Below the pieces are notes generated by a model that saw only the letters and a list, made by a program, of their open reading frames with translations, had not been told where the DNA came from and did no database searches. 64,000 bases of DNA from the NCBI RefSeq assembly GCF_003018235.1, contig NZ_CP027437.1. One strand, 5' to 3'. Below, in pieces: positions 1 to 13,744 of the stretch (position 1 is the stretch's first letter; every line of letters begins with the position of its first letter). Made by a program: the position numbers and the translations under genes. Source of the stretch: Escherichia coli (GTDB lineage Bacteria; Pseudomonadota; Gammaproteobacteria; Enterobacterales; Enterobacteriaceae).

Positions 1-368
1 ATCCTATCGTTGGTGTGGACTTTCTTCAGGGCGATTTTCGTGATGAACTGGTGATGAAAGCACTGCTGGAGCGCGTTGGCGACAGCAAAGTCCAGGTTGT
101 CATGTCCGATATGGCACCAAACATGAGCGGAACACCGGCGGTGGATATCCCCCGTGCCATGTATCTGGTGGAACTGGCGCTAGAAATGTGTCGTGATGTA
201 TTAGCGCCAGGTGGCAGTTTTGTAGTGAAGGTGTTCCAGGGCGAAGGTTTCGATGAGTATCTAAGGGAAATTCGCTCCCTGTTTACGAAGGTCAAAGTTC
301 GTAAGCCGGACTCTTCTCGTGCACGTTCGCGGGAAGTGTATATTGTAGCGACCGGGCGTAAACCCTAA
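1..368 (+). CDS. rlmE: 23S rRNA U2552 2'-O-methyltransferase, C-terminal part (5' end lies outside the window)
   Basis: ORF 15..368 in frame back to the window start; translation matches the RlmE/FtsJ C-terminus; immediately upstream of ftsH as in E. coli. Confidence 0.85.
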
Positions 369-467
369 CCGGGAGATTTCAGACGAAAGTTTGAAAGATG
401 CTGGATATAGAGTATCCTGACGCTGTTTTTAACACAGTTGTAATAAGAGGTTAATCCCTTGAGTGAC

Positions 468-2402
468 ATGGCGAAAAACCTAATACTCTGGCTGGTCATT
501 GCCGTTGTGCTGATGTCAGTATTCCAGAGCTTTGGGCCCAGCGAGTCTAATGGCCGTAAGGTGGATTACTCTACCTTCCTACAAGAGGTCAATAACGACC
601 AGGTTCGTGAAGCGCGTATCAACGGACGTGAAATCAACGTTACCAAGAAAGATAGTAACCGTTATACCACTTACATTCCGGTTCAGGATCCGAAATTACT
701 GGATAACCTGTTGACCAAGAACGTCAAGGTTGTCGGTGAACCGCCTGAAGAACCAAGCCTGCTGGCTTCTATCTTCATCTCCTGGTTCCCGATGCTGTTG
801 CTGATTGGTGTCTGGATCTTCTTCATGCGTCAAATGCAAGGCGGCGGTGGCAAAGGTGCCATGTCGTTTGGTAAGAGCAAAGCGCGCATGCTGACTGAAG
901 ATCAGATCAAAACGACCTTTGCTGACGTTGCGGGCTGCGACGAAGCAAAAGAAGAAGTTGCTGAACTGGTTGAGTATCTGCGCGAGCCGAGCCGCTTCCA
1001 GAAACTCGGCGGTAAGATCCCGAAAGGCGTTCTGATGGTCGGTCCTCCGGGTACCGGTAAAACGCTGCTGGCGAAAGCGATTGCAGGCGAAGCGAAAGTT
1101 CCGTTCTTTACTATCTCCGGTTCTGACTTCGTCGAAATGTTCGTCGGTGTGGGTGCATCCCGTGTTCGTGACATGTTCGAACAGGCGAAGAAAGCGGCAC
1201 CGTGTATCATCTTTATCGATGAAATCGACGCCGTAGGCCGCCAGCGTGGCGCAGGCCTGGGCGGTGGTCACGATGAACGTGAACAGACTCTGAACCAGAT
1301 GCTGGTTGAGATGGATGGCTTCGAAGGTAACGAAGGTATCATCGTTATCGCCGCAACTAACCGTCCGGACGTTCTCGACCCGGCGCTGCTGCGTCCTGGC
1401 CGTTTCGACCGTCAGGTTGTGGTTGGCTTGCCAGATGTTCGCGGTCGTGAGCAGATCCTGAAAGTTCACATGCGTCGTGTACCATTGGCACCCGATATCG
1501 ACGCGGCAATCATTGCCCGTGGTACTCCAGGTTTCTCCGGTGCTGACCTGGCGAACCTGGTGAACGAAGCGGCACTGTTCGCTGCTCGTGGCAACAAACG
1601 CGTTGTGTCGATGGTTGAGTTCGAGAAAGCGAAAGACAAAATCATGATGGGTGCGGAACGTCGCTCCATGGTGATGACGGAAGCGCAGAAAGAATCGACG
1701 GCTTACCACGAAGCGGGTCACGCGATTATCGGTCGCCTGGTGCCGGAACACGATCCGGTGCACAAAGTGACGATTATCCCACGCGGTCGTGCGCTGGGTG
1801 TGACTTTCTTCTTGCCTGAGGGCGACGCAATCAGCGCCAGCCGTCAGAAACTGGAAAGCCAGATTTCTACGCTGTACGGTGGTCGTCTGGCAGAAGAGAT
1901 CATCTACGGGCCGGAACATGTTTCTACCGGTGCGTCCAACGATATTAAAGTTGCGACCAACCTGGCACGTAACATGGTGACTCAGTGGGGCTTCTCTGAG
2001 AAATTGGGTCCACTGCTGTACGCGGAAGAAGAAGGTGAAGTGTTCCTCGGCCGTAGCGTAGCGAAAGCGAAACATATGTCCGATGAAACTGCACGTATCA
2101 TCGACCAGGAAGTGAAAGCACTGATTGAGCGTAACTATAATCGTGCGCGTCAGCTTCTGACCGACAATATGGATATTCTGCATGCGATGAAAGATGCTCT
2201 CATGAAATATGAGACTATCGACGCACCGCAGATTGATGACCTGATGGCACGTCGCGATGTACGTCCGCCAGCGGGCTGGGAAGAACCAGGCGCTTCTAAC
2301 AATTCTGGCGACAATGGTAGTCCAAAGGCTCCACGTCCGGTTGATGAACCGCGTACGCCGAACCCGGGTAACACCATGTCAGAGCAGTTAGGCGACAAGT
2401 AA
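468..2402 (+). CDS. ftsH: ATP-dependent zinc metalloprotease FtsH (HflB)
   Basis: ORF 459..2402; N-terminus [16 protein letters not shown]; Walker A GPPGTGKT; zinc-binding HEAGH motif; 644 aa from the ATG at 468. Confidence 0.97.
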
Positions 2403-2434
2403 GTTCCCGCATCAGATGACTGTATTTGTACCGA

Positions 2435-2466
2435 AAACCCCGGGGCGTGCTCCGGGGTTTTTTCTT
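2435..2466 (+). terminator. Rho-independent terminator after ftsH
   Basis: GC-rich hairpin ccccggggcgtgctccgggg followed by a T-run. Confidence 0.6.
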
Positions 2467-2491
2467 ATCAATTCATACTAGGGATAACACC

Positions 2492-3340
2492 ATGAAACTC
2501 TATGCCCAGGGCACTTCACTGGACCTTAGCCATCCTCACGTAATGGGGATCCTCAACGTCACGCCTGATTCCTTTTCGGATGGCGGCACGCATAACTCGC
2601 TGATAGATGCGGTGAAACATGCGAATCTGATGATCAACGCTGGCGCGACGATCATTGACGTTGGTGGTGAGTCCACGCGCCCAGGGGCGGCGGAAGTTAG
2701 CGTTGAAGAAGAGTTGCAACGTGTTATTCCTGTGGTTGAGGCAATTGCTCAACGCTTCGAAGTCTGGATCTCGGTAGATACATCCAAACCAGAAGTCATC
2801 CGTGAGTCAGCGAAAGTTGGCGCTCACATTATTAACGATATCCGCTCCCTTTCCGAACCAGGGGCTCTGGAGGCAGCTGCAGAAACCGGTTTACCGGTTT
2901 GTCTGATGCATATGCAGGGAAATCCAAAGACCATGCAGGAAGCCCCGAAGTATGACGATGTCTTTGCAGAAGTGAATCGCTATTTTATTGAGCAAATAGC
3001 ACGTTGCGAGCAGGCGGGTATCGCAAAAGAGAAATTGTTGCTCGACCCCGGATTCGGTTTCGGTAAAAATCTCTCCCATAACTATTCATTACTGGCGCGC
3101 CTGGCTGAATTTCACCATTTCAACCTGCCGCTGTTGGTGGGTATGTCACGAAAATCGATGATTGGGCAGCTGCTGAACGTGGGGCCGTCCGAGCGTCTGA
3201 GCGGTAGTCTGGCTTGTGCGGTCATTGCCGCTATGCAAGGCGCGCATATCATTCGTGTTCATGACGTCAAAGAAACCGTAGAAGCGATGCGGGTGGTGGA
3301 AGCCACTCTGTCTGCAAAGGAAAACAAACGCTATGAGTAA
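2492..3340 (+). CDS. folP: Dihydropteroate synthase
   Basis: ORF 2426..3340; N-terminus [32 protein letters not shown] from the ATG at 2492; 282 aa. Confidence 0.95.
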   Translation: MKLYAQGTSLDLSHPHVMGILNVTPDSFSDGGTHNSLIDAVKHANLMINAGATIIDVGGESTRPGAAEVSVEEELQRVIPVVEAIAQRFEVWISVDTSKPEVIRESAKVGAHIINDIRSLSEPGALEAAAETGLPVCLMHMQGNPKTMQEAPKYDDVFAEVNRYFIEQIARCEQAGIAKEKLLLDPGFGFGKNLSHNYSLLARLAEFHHFNLPLLVGMSRKSMIGQLLNVGPSERLSGSLACAVIAAMQGAHIIRVHDVKETVEAMRVVEATLSAKENKRYE

Positions 3341-4670
3341 TCGTAAATATTTCGGTACCGATGGGATTCGTGGTCGTGTAGGGGATGCGCCGATCACCCC
3401 TGATTTTGTGCTTAAGCTGGGTTGGGCCGCGGGTAAAGTGCTGGCGCGCCACGGCTCCCGTAAGATCATTATTGGTAAAGACACACGTATTTCTGGCTAT
3501 ATGCTGGAGTCAGCACTGGAAGCGGGTCTGGCGGCTGCCGGTCTTTCCGCGCTCTTCACTGGCCCGATGCCAACACCGGCCGTGGCTTATCTGACGCGGA
3601 CTTTCCGCGCAGAGGCTGGGATTGTGATATCTGCATCGCATAACCCGTTCTACGATAATGGCATTAAATTTTTCTCTATCGACGGCACCAAACTACCGGA
3701 TGCAGTAGAAGAGGCCATCGAAGCGGAAATGGAAAAAGAGATCAGCTGTGTTGATTCGGCAGAACTGGGTAAAGCCAGCCGTATCGTTGATGCTGCGGGT
3801 CGCTATATCGAGTTTTGCAAAGCCACGTTCCCAAACGAACTTAGCCTCAGTGAACTGAAGATTGTGGTGGATTGTGCAAACGGTGCGACTTATCACATCG
3901 CGCCGAACGTGCTGCGTGAACTGGGAGCGAACGTTATCGCTATCGGTTGTGAGCCGAACGGTGTAAACATCAATGCCGAAGTGGGGGCTACCGACGTTCG
4001 CGCGCTCCAGGCCCGTGTGCTGGCTGAAAAAGCGGATCTCGGTATTGCCTTTGACGGCGACGGCGATCGCGTGATTATGGTTGACCATGAAGGCAATAAA
4101 GTCGATGGCGATCAGATCATGTATATCATCGCGCGTGAAGGTCTTCGTCAGGGCCAGCTGCGTGGTGGCGCTGTGGGTACATTGATGAGCAACATGGGGC
4201 TTGAACTGGCGCTGAAACAGTTAGGAATTCCATTTGCGCGCGCGAAAGTGGGTGACCGCTACGTACTGGAAAAAATGCAGGAGAAAGGCTGGCGTATCGG
4301 TGCAGAGAATTCCGGTCATGTGATCCTGCTGGATAAAACCACTACCGGTGACGGCATCGTTGCTGGCTTGCAGGTGCTGGCGGCGATGGCGCGTAACCAT
4401 ATGAGCCTGCACGATCTTTGCAGCGGCATGAAAATGTTCCCGCAGATTCTTGTTAACGTGCGTTACACCGCAGGTAGCGGCGATCCGCTGGAGCATGAAT
4501 CAGTCAAAGCTGTGACCGCAGAAGTTGAAGCGGCGCTGGGTAGCCGTGGACGTGTGCTGTTGCGTAAATCCGGCACCGAACCGTTAATTCGCGTGATGGT
4601 GGAAGGTGAAGACGAAGCGCAGGTGACTGAATTTGCACACCGCATCGCTGATGCAGTAAAAGCCGTTTAA
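3333..4670 (+). CDS. glmM: Phosphoglucosamine mutase
   Basis: 445-aa ORF; [15 protein letters not shown]-terminus and active-site SASHNP motif; overlaps the folP stop. Confidence 0.97.
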   Translation: MSNRKYFGTDGIRGRVGDAPITPDFVLKLGWAAGKVLARHGSRKIIIGKDTRISGYMLESALEAGLAAAGLSALFTGPMPTPAVAYLTRTFRAEAGIVISASHNPFYDNGIKFFSIDGTKLPDAVEEAIEAEMEKEISCVDSAELGKASRIVDAAGRYIEFCKATFPNELSLSELKIVVDCANGATYHIAPNVLRELGANVIAIGCEPNGVNINAEVGATDVRALQARVLAEKADLGIAFDGDGDRVIMVDHEGNKVDGDQIMYIIAREGLRQGQLRGGAVGTLMSNMGLELALKQLGIPFARAKVGDRYVLEKMQEKGWRIGAENSGHVILLDKTTTGDGIVAGLQVLAAMARNHMSLHDLCSGMKMFPQILVNVRYTAGSGDPLEHESVKAVTAEVEAALGSRGRVLLRKSGTEPLIRVMVEGEDEAQVTEFAHRIADAVKAV

Positions 4671-4689
4671 AGCGTTAGATAACTGGCTA

Positions 4690-4717
4690 AAAAGGCGGCG
4701 ATTGTCGCCTTTTTTCT
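4690..4717 (+). terminator. Rho-independent terminator after glmM
   Basis: Hairpin ggcggcgattgtcgcc followed by tttttt. Confidence 0.55.
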
Positions 4718-4897
4718 CAGCGAACACATCGGTTTTGCTGTTTTTTTCCGCAGTTGATACAATGCGATAAAATTGCCCTTGCGAAGGTCATTCGCTTTGG
4801 TTAGTATTCACACCCGCTTCAGTGGGAAAGATTAAAAATTCCCGCTTTATTGGTTGAAGCATTGGTACGCGGCAACTCCGCAAGGAACAGGTTGATT

Positions 4898-5230
4898 ATG
4901 TACGAAGCTCTTTTAGTAGTTTTCCTTATTGTGGCAATTGGCCTTGTTGGTCTGATCATGCTGCAGCAAGGTAAAGGCGCTGATATGGGAGCCTCCTTCG
5001 GAGCAGGCGCTTCCGCTACGCTGTTTGGTTCAAGTGGTTCTGGTAACTTCATGACCCGCATGACGGCGCTGCTGGCAACGTTATTCTTCATCATCAGTCT
5101 GGTGCTGGGTAACATCAATAGCAATAAAACCAATAAAGGTAGCGAATGGGAAAACCTGAGTGCGCCGGCGAAAACCGAACAAACTCAGCCAGCTGCTCCG
5201 GCTAAGCCGACCAGCGATATCCCGAACTAA
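4898..5230 (+). CDS. secG: Preprotein translocase subunit SecG
   Basis: ORF 4850..5230; known N-terminus MYEALLVVFLIVAIGLVGLIMLQQGKGA from the ATG at 4898; 110 aa. Confidence 0.93.
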   Translation: MYEALLVVFLIVAIGLVGLIMLQQGKGADMGASFGAGASATLFGSSGSGNFMTRMTALLATLFFIISLVLGNINSNKTNKGSEWENLSAPAKTEQTQPAAPAKPTSDIPN

Positions 5231-5244
5231 AAAGTAGTATCCGT

Positions 5245-5331
5245 GCCGAGGTGGTGGAATTGGTAGACACGCTACCTTGAGGTGGTAGTGCCCAATAGGG
5301 CTTACGGGTTCAAGTCCCGTCCTCGGTACCA
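5245..5331 (+). tRNA. leuU: tRNA-Leu (leuU type)
   Basis: 87-nt sequence GCCGAGGTGGTGGAATTGGTAGACACGCTACCTTGAGGTGGTAGTGCCCAATAGGGCTTACGGGTTCAAGTCCCGTCCTCGGTACCA read directly; long variable arm; encoded CCA end; directly downstream of secG. Confidence 0.95.
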
Positions 5332-5344
5332 AATTCCAGAAAAG

Positions 5345-5368
5345 AGACGCTGAAAAGCGTCTTTTTTC
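5345..5368 (+). terminator. Rho-independent terminator after leuU
   Basis: Hairpin agacgctgaaaagcgtct followed by tttttt. Confidence 0.6.
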
Positions 5369-5405
5369 GTTTTATAGGCCAAGCAAAATATTCTTAATTT
5401 GATAA

Positions 5406-6359
5406 CTATTTGCCCAGGCATAAATCTGTTTCATCTAGTTTGAAATCTGTAATTTCTAACTTTTGCATTATTACCGGAAGCACTTGGTGAATTATTCTCA
5501 TGCCAGTGAGGATCTCGTTCATGTATATATCTGGATGAATGCGCGATTTATTGAAATCGAAACTTTCGGCTTCTGCTGCAACGCTAAGTTGGTCAGCGGT
5601 GTTATAAACCATTTCCAGAAGTTCGGCTCTTAACGGGATTCCCGCCCTGAATGCCATCATCTTGAGTTGATTCAACCAATTTTCGTAGTCTTTTTTAACT
5701 CTATAACGAAATTCTTTAAAGTTTGATGCAACAGGAGTATCAATTTCAATTTTGCATGCAGCAAGTGATATCAATGAACTCTGAATATTGATGGCTTCGC
5801 TTGAATAGACATCTAAATCGTCGTCCTGAATCAACTCATCAACATATGCTATGTAGAAACCATAAACATCATTCAGAGCATGATAAATATCATTAATTAC
5901 AGAACAATGAGCATTGCTCTCTAATATCTCCCAAAAAGCCTCTTCTTCGTCAGCATTATCGTCGTCAATATTAAGTCCTTCAGGAAAGGGAAGAGGTGTA
6001 GGAAAACCTATTCGCTTTAATACATCAATTGTTTCTTCAACCAAAAAGCCATCTTCGTCAGTAAGAGGTCGTGTTATATAACCCGTTTCAGCATCCTCCA
6101 TAGCTCGTTGAGCAAGAAAATGGATAAGCCGATCCCATTTCTCAGCATTCTCGACTGAGCCCGTCCATTCAACTAGTTGAGGAGAATAATCTCCTATTTG
6201 TGTAATATTTCTGAACTTTTTTTCCATATCAGCAGACATGTGTTCCCCTTTTTTCCATTTGCTAATTTGTGTTGAGGAAACACCTAAGTGGCTTGCTAAA
6301 TCTTTTTGAGTGCATTTCAGAGTATGTAATGCGAGGCGTACAAAATATTCACCATTCAT
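5406..6359 (-). CDS. HTH (XRE/Cro-CI-like) domain protein with an uncharacterised acidic/helical C-terminal domain, 317 aa
   Basis: Intact 317-aa ORF with an AAGGAA Shine-Dalgarno about 7 nt upstream of the ATG; N-terminal helix-turn-helix signature TQKDLASHLGVSSTQISKWKKGE; no catalytic motif recognised downstream; visibly AT-rich compared with flanking core genes; sits where K-12 has yhbX. Confidence 0.7.
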   Translation of the reverse strand: MNGEYFVRLALHTLKCTQKDLASHLGVSSTQISKWKKGEHMSADMEKKFRNITQIGDYSPQLVEWTGSVENAEKWDRLIHFLAQRAMEDAETGYITRPLTDEDGFLVEETIDVLKRIGFPTPLPFPEGLNIDDDNADEEEAFWEILESNAHCSVINDIYHALNDVYGFYIAYVDELIQDDDLDVYSSEAINIQSSLISLAACKIEIDTPVASNFKEFRYRVKKDYENWLNQLKMMAFRAGIPLRAELLEMVYNTADQLSVAAEAESFDFNKSRIHPDIYMNEILTGMRIIHQVLPVIMQKLEITDFKLDETDLCLGK

Positions 6360-6370
6360 CGGTCATTCCT

Positions 6371-6446
6371 TTTACTGAGAATAAAAACATAAAGTAAAAA
6401 TAGAATGCGCTGAAATTTACTTTATTTCATTTGGATTTTACTTTAA
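6371..6446. promoter_or_regulatory. Putative operator/promoter repeat array upstream of the HTH gene
   Basis: TTTACTTTAT at 6416-6425 and TTTACTTTAA at 6437-6446 (21-bp spacing), an inverted copy ATAAAGTAAA at 6389-6398, and a half-copy TTTACT at 6371-6376 next to the RBS. Confidence 0.35.
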
Positions 6447-6495
6447 TTCCGGATTCGGACACTGTGGCCCCTAAACACGGTCACATCTCTTAGCC

Positions 6496-6525
6496 GTAAA
6501 AAAGGCCGCATTTGCGGCCCTTATC
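6496..6525 (-). terminator. Rho-independent terminator downstream of argG
   Basis: Hairpin ggccgcaaatgcggcc followed by a T-run when read on the minus strand. Confidence 0.55.
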
Positions 6526-6540
6526 ATGAAAGCACTGAGA

Positions 6541-7899
<1,359 letters not shown>

Positions 7900-7935
7900 T
7901 TAATTAACTGATGATGAGCCTGGATTTCCGCTCTC

Positions 7936-7976
7936 ACTGAATTTTTATGCAAAATAAATGAGTTTTCATTTAATCA
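7936..7976. promoter_or_regulatory. Putative ArgR boxes in the argG control region
   Basis: AT-rich imperfect palindromes TGAATTTTTATGCAAA and AATGAGTTTTCATTTAAT about 50-90 bp upstream of the argG start, resembling the ARG-box consensus. Confidence 0.4.
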
Positions 7977-8109
7977 TCTTTTATCGGAGACAGGAAGAGT
8001 TTAGTGTGTTTTTTGTAAAATAATGCGCTTAAGGGAGAGCAGGAGAAGGCAAAAGTATTCAACAAATGAAAGTGAACTGGATATTCATTCACGTGATTAG
8101 CAATAAACG

Positions 8110-8139
8110 TTGACAAAATGTGGTATGGATCACTATAAT
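8110..8139 (+). promoter_or_regulatory. Sigma70 promoter for the metY-rimP-nusA-infB operon
   Basis: Consensus TTGACA (8110-8115) and TATAAT (8134-8139) with 18-bp spacing, about 90 bp upstream of tRNA-fMet. Confidence 0.5.
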
Positions 8140-8231
8140 GCCTGCAGATTTTACGTCCCGTCTCGGTACACCAAATCCCAGCAGTATTTGCATTTTTTAC
8201 CCAAAACGAGTAGAATTTGCCACGTTTCAGG

Positions 8232-8308
<77 letters not shown>

Positions 8309-8431
8309 CTTTCCCTTAGAGTCCTTTTTCAAATATACTGTGAAGACTTCGGCCTTCGTAGTGGGATTTGAAAAAATCCTTCTGGAAAGTGCTCCAGACC
8401 GCAGTTGCGGTTATAGGGTTCAGTTATATAA

Positions 8432-8456
8432 AGCCCCGATTTATCGGGGTTTTTTG
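8432..8456 (+). terminator. Attenuator/terminator hairpin in the metY-rimP leader
   Basis: Hairpin agccccgatttatcggggt followed by tttttt. Confidence 0.5.
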
Positions 8457-8514
8457 TTATCTGACTACAGAATAACTGGGCTTTAGGCCCTTTTTTTATG
8501 TCTTGGGGGTGGGC

Positions 8515-8967
8515 TTGTCCACATTAGAGCAAAAATTAACAGAGATGATTACTGCGCCAGTTGAGGCCCTGGGTTTTGAACTGGTTGGCATCGAATTTAT
8601 TCGCGGTCGCACATCCACACTGCGCATCTATATTGATAGTGAAGATGGCATCAATGTTGATGATTGTGCTGATGTGAGCCACCAGGTAAGTGCTGTGCTG
8701 GATGTTGAAGATCCCATCACCGTTGCTTATAACCTGGAAGTCTCCTCACCGGGTCTCGATCGCCCACTGTTCACGGCTGAACACTACGCCCGTTTCGTCG
8801 GAGAAGAGGTGACTCTGGTTCTCCGCATGGCGGTACAAAACCGTCGTAAATGGCAGGGCGTTATCAAAGCGGTAGACGGTGAAATGATCACAGTTACCGT
8901 CGAAGGTAAAGATGAAGTGTTCGCGCTGAGTAATATCCAGAAGGCGAACCTGGTTCCCCACTTTTAA
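8515..8967 (+). CDS. rimP: Ribosome maturation factor RimP
   Basis: ORF 8503..8967; matches RimP (..[27 protein letters not shown]..); start is probably a non-ATG codon (TTG 8515 or GTG 8509), so the start is uncertain. Confidence 0.88.
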
Positions 8968-8994
8968 TAGTCTGGATGAGGTGAAAAGCCCGCG

Positions 8995-10482
<1,488 letters not shown>

Positions 10483-10506
10483 TAAACTGTAGCAGGAAGG
10501 AACAGC

Positions 10507-13179
10507 ATGACAGATGTAACGATTAAAACGCTGGCCGCAGAGCGACAGACCTCCGTGGAACGCCTGGTACAGCAATTTGCTGATGCAGGTATCCGGAAGT
10601 CTGCTGACGACTCTGTGTCCGCACAAGAGAAACAGACTTTGATTGACCACCTGAATCAGAAAAATTCAGGCCCGGACAAATTGACGCTGCAACGTAAAAC
10701 ACGCAGCACCCTTAATATTCCTGGTACCGGTGGAAAAAGCAAATCGGTACAAATCGAAGTCCGCAAGAAACGCACCTTTGTGAAACGCGATCCGCAAGAG
10801 GCTGAACGCCTTGCTGCGGAAGAGCAAGCGCAGCGTGAAGCGGAAGAGCAAGCCCGTCGTGAGGCAGAAGAATCGGCTAAACGCGAGGCGCAACAAAAAG
10901 CTGAACGTGAGGCCGCAGAACAAGCTAAGCGTGAAGCTGCTGAACAAGCGAAACGTGAAGCTGCGGAAAAAGACAAAGTGAGCAATCAACAAGACGATAT
11001 GACTAAAAACGCCCAGGCTGAAAAAGCCCGCCGTGAGCAGGAAGCTGCAGAGCTCAAGCGTAAAGCCGAAGAAGAAGCGCGTCGTAAACTCGAAGAAGAA
11101 GCACGTCGCGTTGCTGAAGAAGCACGTCGTATGGCGGAAGAAAACAAATGGACTGATAACGCGGAACCGACTGAAGATTCCAGCGATTATCACGTCACTA
11201 CTTCTCAACATGCTCGCCAGGCAGAAGACGAAAGCGATCGTGAAGTCGAAGGCGGCCGTGGCCGTGGTCGTAACGCGAAAGCTGCGCGTCCGAAGAAAGG
11301 CAACAAACACGCTGAATCAAAAGCTGATCGTGAAGAAGCACGCGCAGCAGTACGTGGCGGTAAAGGCGGAAAACGTAAAGGTTCTTCGCTGCAGCAAGGC
11401 TTCCAGAAGCCTGCTCAGGCCGTTAACCGTGACGTAGTGATCGGCGAAACCATCACCGTTGGCGAACTGGCGAACAAGATGGCGGTTAAAGGCTCTCAGG
11501 TCATCAAAGCGATGATGAAACTGGGCGCAATGGCAACCATCAACCAGGTTATCGATCAGGAAACCGCACAGCTGGTTGCTGAAGAGATGGGCCACAAAGT
11601 TATCCTGCGTCGTGAAAACGAGCTGGAAGAAGCGGTAATGAGCGACCGTGACACGGGTGCAGCGGCTGAACCGCGCGCGCCGGTTGTGACCATCATGGGT
11701 CACGTTGACCACGGTAAAACCTCTCTGCTGGACTACATTCGTTCAACGAAAGTGGCCTCTGGCGAAGCGGGCGGCATTACCCAGCACATTGGTGCATACC
11801 ACGTTGAAACTGAAAACGGCATGATCACCTTCCTGGACACCCCGGGGCACGCCGCGTTTACTTCAATGCGTGCTCGTGGTGCGCAGGCAACGGACATCGT
11901 AGTCTTGGTTGTTGCTGCCGACGACGGCGTAATGCCGCAGACCATCGAAGCAATCCAGCACGCGAAAGCGGCGCAGGTTCCGGTGGTCGTTGCAGTGAAC
12001 AAGATCGATAAACCAGAAGCCGATCCGGATCGCGTTAAGAACGAACTCTCCCAGTACGGCATCCTGCCGGAAGAGTGGGGCGGTGAAAGCCAGTTCGTAC
12101 ATGTGTCTGCGAAAGCGGGTACTGGTATCGATGAGCTGCTGGACGCTATCCTGCTGCAGGCGGAAGTTCTGGAACTGAAAGCGGTACGTAAAGGCATGGC
12201 GAGCGGTGCGGTTATCGAATCCTTCCTCGATAAAGGTCGTGGTCCGGTTGCTACCGTTCTGGTACGTGAAGGTACTCTGCACAAGGGCGATATCGTTCTG
12301 TGTGGCTTCGAATATGGTCGTGTTCGTGCGATGCGTAACGAACTGGGTCAGGAAGTGCTGGAAGCGGGTCCGTCCATTCCGGTGGAAATCCTCGGCCTGT
12401 CCGGCGTTCCGGCTGCGGGTGATGAAGTTACCGTTGTACGTGACGAGAAGAAAGCGCGTGAAGTTGCACTCTATCGTCAGGGTAAATTCCGCGAAGTTAA
12501 ACTGGCGCGTCAGCAGAAATCTAAACTCGAGAACATGTTCGCCAACATGACCGAAGGCGAAGTTCACGAAGTGAATATCGTCCTGAAGGCAGACGTACAG
12601 GGCTCTGTGGAAGCTATCTCCGACTCCTTGCTGAAACTGTCTACTGACGAAGTTAAAGTGAAGATCATCGGTTCTGGCGTAGGTGGTATCACCGAAACCG
12701 ACGCTACCCTGGCTGCGGCGTCCAACGCCATCCTGGTTGGCTTCAACGTACGTGCTGATGCCTCTGCACGTAAAGTGATTGAAGCGGAAAGCCTGGATCT
12801 GCGTTACTACTCCGTCATCTATAACCTGATCGACGAAGTGAAAGCGGCAATGAGCGGTATGCTGTCTCCGGAACTGAAACAACAGATTATCGGTCTGGCG
12901 GAAGTTCGTGACGTATTCAAATCACCGAAATTTGGTGCCATCGCAGGTTGTATGGTTACCGAAGGTGTGGTTAAACGTCACAACCCGATCCGCGTTCTGC
13001 GCGACAACGTGGTTATCTACGAAGGCGAGCTGGAGTCCCTGCGCCGCTTCAAAGATGACGTTAACGAAGTCCGTAACGGTATGGAATGTGGTATCGGCGT
13101 TAAGAACTACAACGATGTCCGCACTGGCGATGTGATCGAAGTATTCGAAATCATCGAAATCCAACGTACCATCGCTTAA
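10507..13179 (+). CDS. infB: Translation initiation factor IF-2
   Basis: 890-aa ORF; charged repetitive N-terminal region; GTPase motifs GHVDHGKT and DTPGH. Confidence 0.97.
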
Positions 13180-13194
13180 GGTTTTTAGGGTTCC

Positions 13195-13268
13195 ATGCGG
13201 GATAAGGCGTTTACGCCGCATCCGGCATGGATTGCCTGATGCGACGCTGGCGCGTCTTATCAGGCCAA
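13195..13268. repeat. REP (repetitive extragenic palindromic) element pair
   Basis: gcgggataaggcgtttacgccgcatccggca and tgcctgatgcgacgctggcgcgtcttatcaggcc, typical E. coli REP units in the infB-rbfA spacer. Confidence 0.6.
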
Positions 13269-13303
13269 CGTGAACAGCCCTTCCACCTGAAATTAATTTT
13301 AAA

Positions 13304-13327
13304 AAGGGGCTAACAGCCCCTTTTTTG
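13304..13327 (+). terminator. Rho-independent hairpin upstream of rbfA
   Basis: Hairpin ggggctaacagcccc followed by tttttt. Confidence 0.55.
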
Positions 13328-13342
13328 TCAGGAGAATTTATT

Positions 13343-13744
13343 ATGGCGAAAGAATTTGGTCGCCCGCAGCGCGTAGCGCAGGAAATGCAAAAAGAGATCG
13401 CTCTCATCCTGCAGCGTGAAATTAAAGATCCTCGCCTGGGCATGATGACCACCGTTTCCGGTGTCGAAATGTCTCGCGACCTGGCGTATGCCAAAGTATA
13501 TGTGACGTTCCTCAACGACAAAGATGAAGACGCGGTTAAAGCGGGCATCAAAGCGCTGCAGGAAGCTTCTGGTTTCATCCGCAGCCTGTTGGGGAAAGCG
13601 ATGCGCCTGCGTATCGTGCCGGAACTGACCTTCTTCTACGACAACTCGCTGGTTGAAGGGATGCGCATGTCAAACCTGGTGACCAGCGTGGTCAAACATG
13701 ACGAAGAACGTCGTGTTAACCCGGACGACAGCAAGGAGGACTAA
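13343..13744 (+). CDS. rbfA: Ribosome-binding factor A
   Basis: ORF 13325..13744; known N-terminus [20 protein letters not shown] from the ATG at 13343; 133 aa. Confidence 0.93.

Noticed and set aside
696-2183. 495-aa minus-strand ORF inside ftsH
   Set aside because: Antisense shadow of ftsH; no recognisable domains; the plus-strand gene is unambiguous.
5081-5332. 83-aa minus-strand ORF overlapping tRNA-Leu
   Set aside because: Overlaps the tRNA gene and the secG 3' end; spurious.
5332-6540. Possible integrative element (prophage remnant/genomic island) at the tRNA-Leu 3' end
   Set aside because: No integrase/recombinase ORF and no direct repeat of the leuU 3' end by eye in 5340-6540; the insertion is a single gene, so it is reported as an orphan locus replacement rather than a mobile element.
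10656-11310. Low-complexity Ala/Ser/Arg-rich and Phe-rich ORFs antisense to the infB 5' region
   Set aside because: Artefacts of the repetitive charged ([11 protein letters not shown]) coding repeats of the IF2 N-terminal domain read on the opposite strand.
11863-12882. 339-aa minus-strand ORF inside infB
   Set aside because: Antisense shadow ORF within the IF2 GTPase domain.
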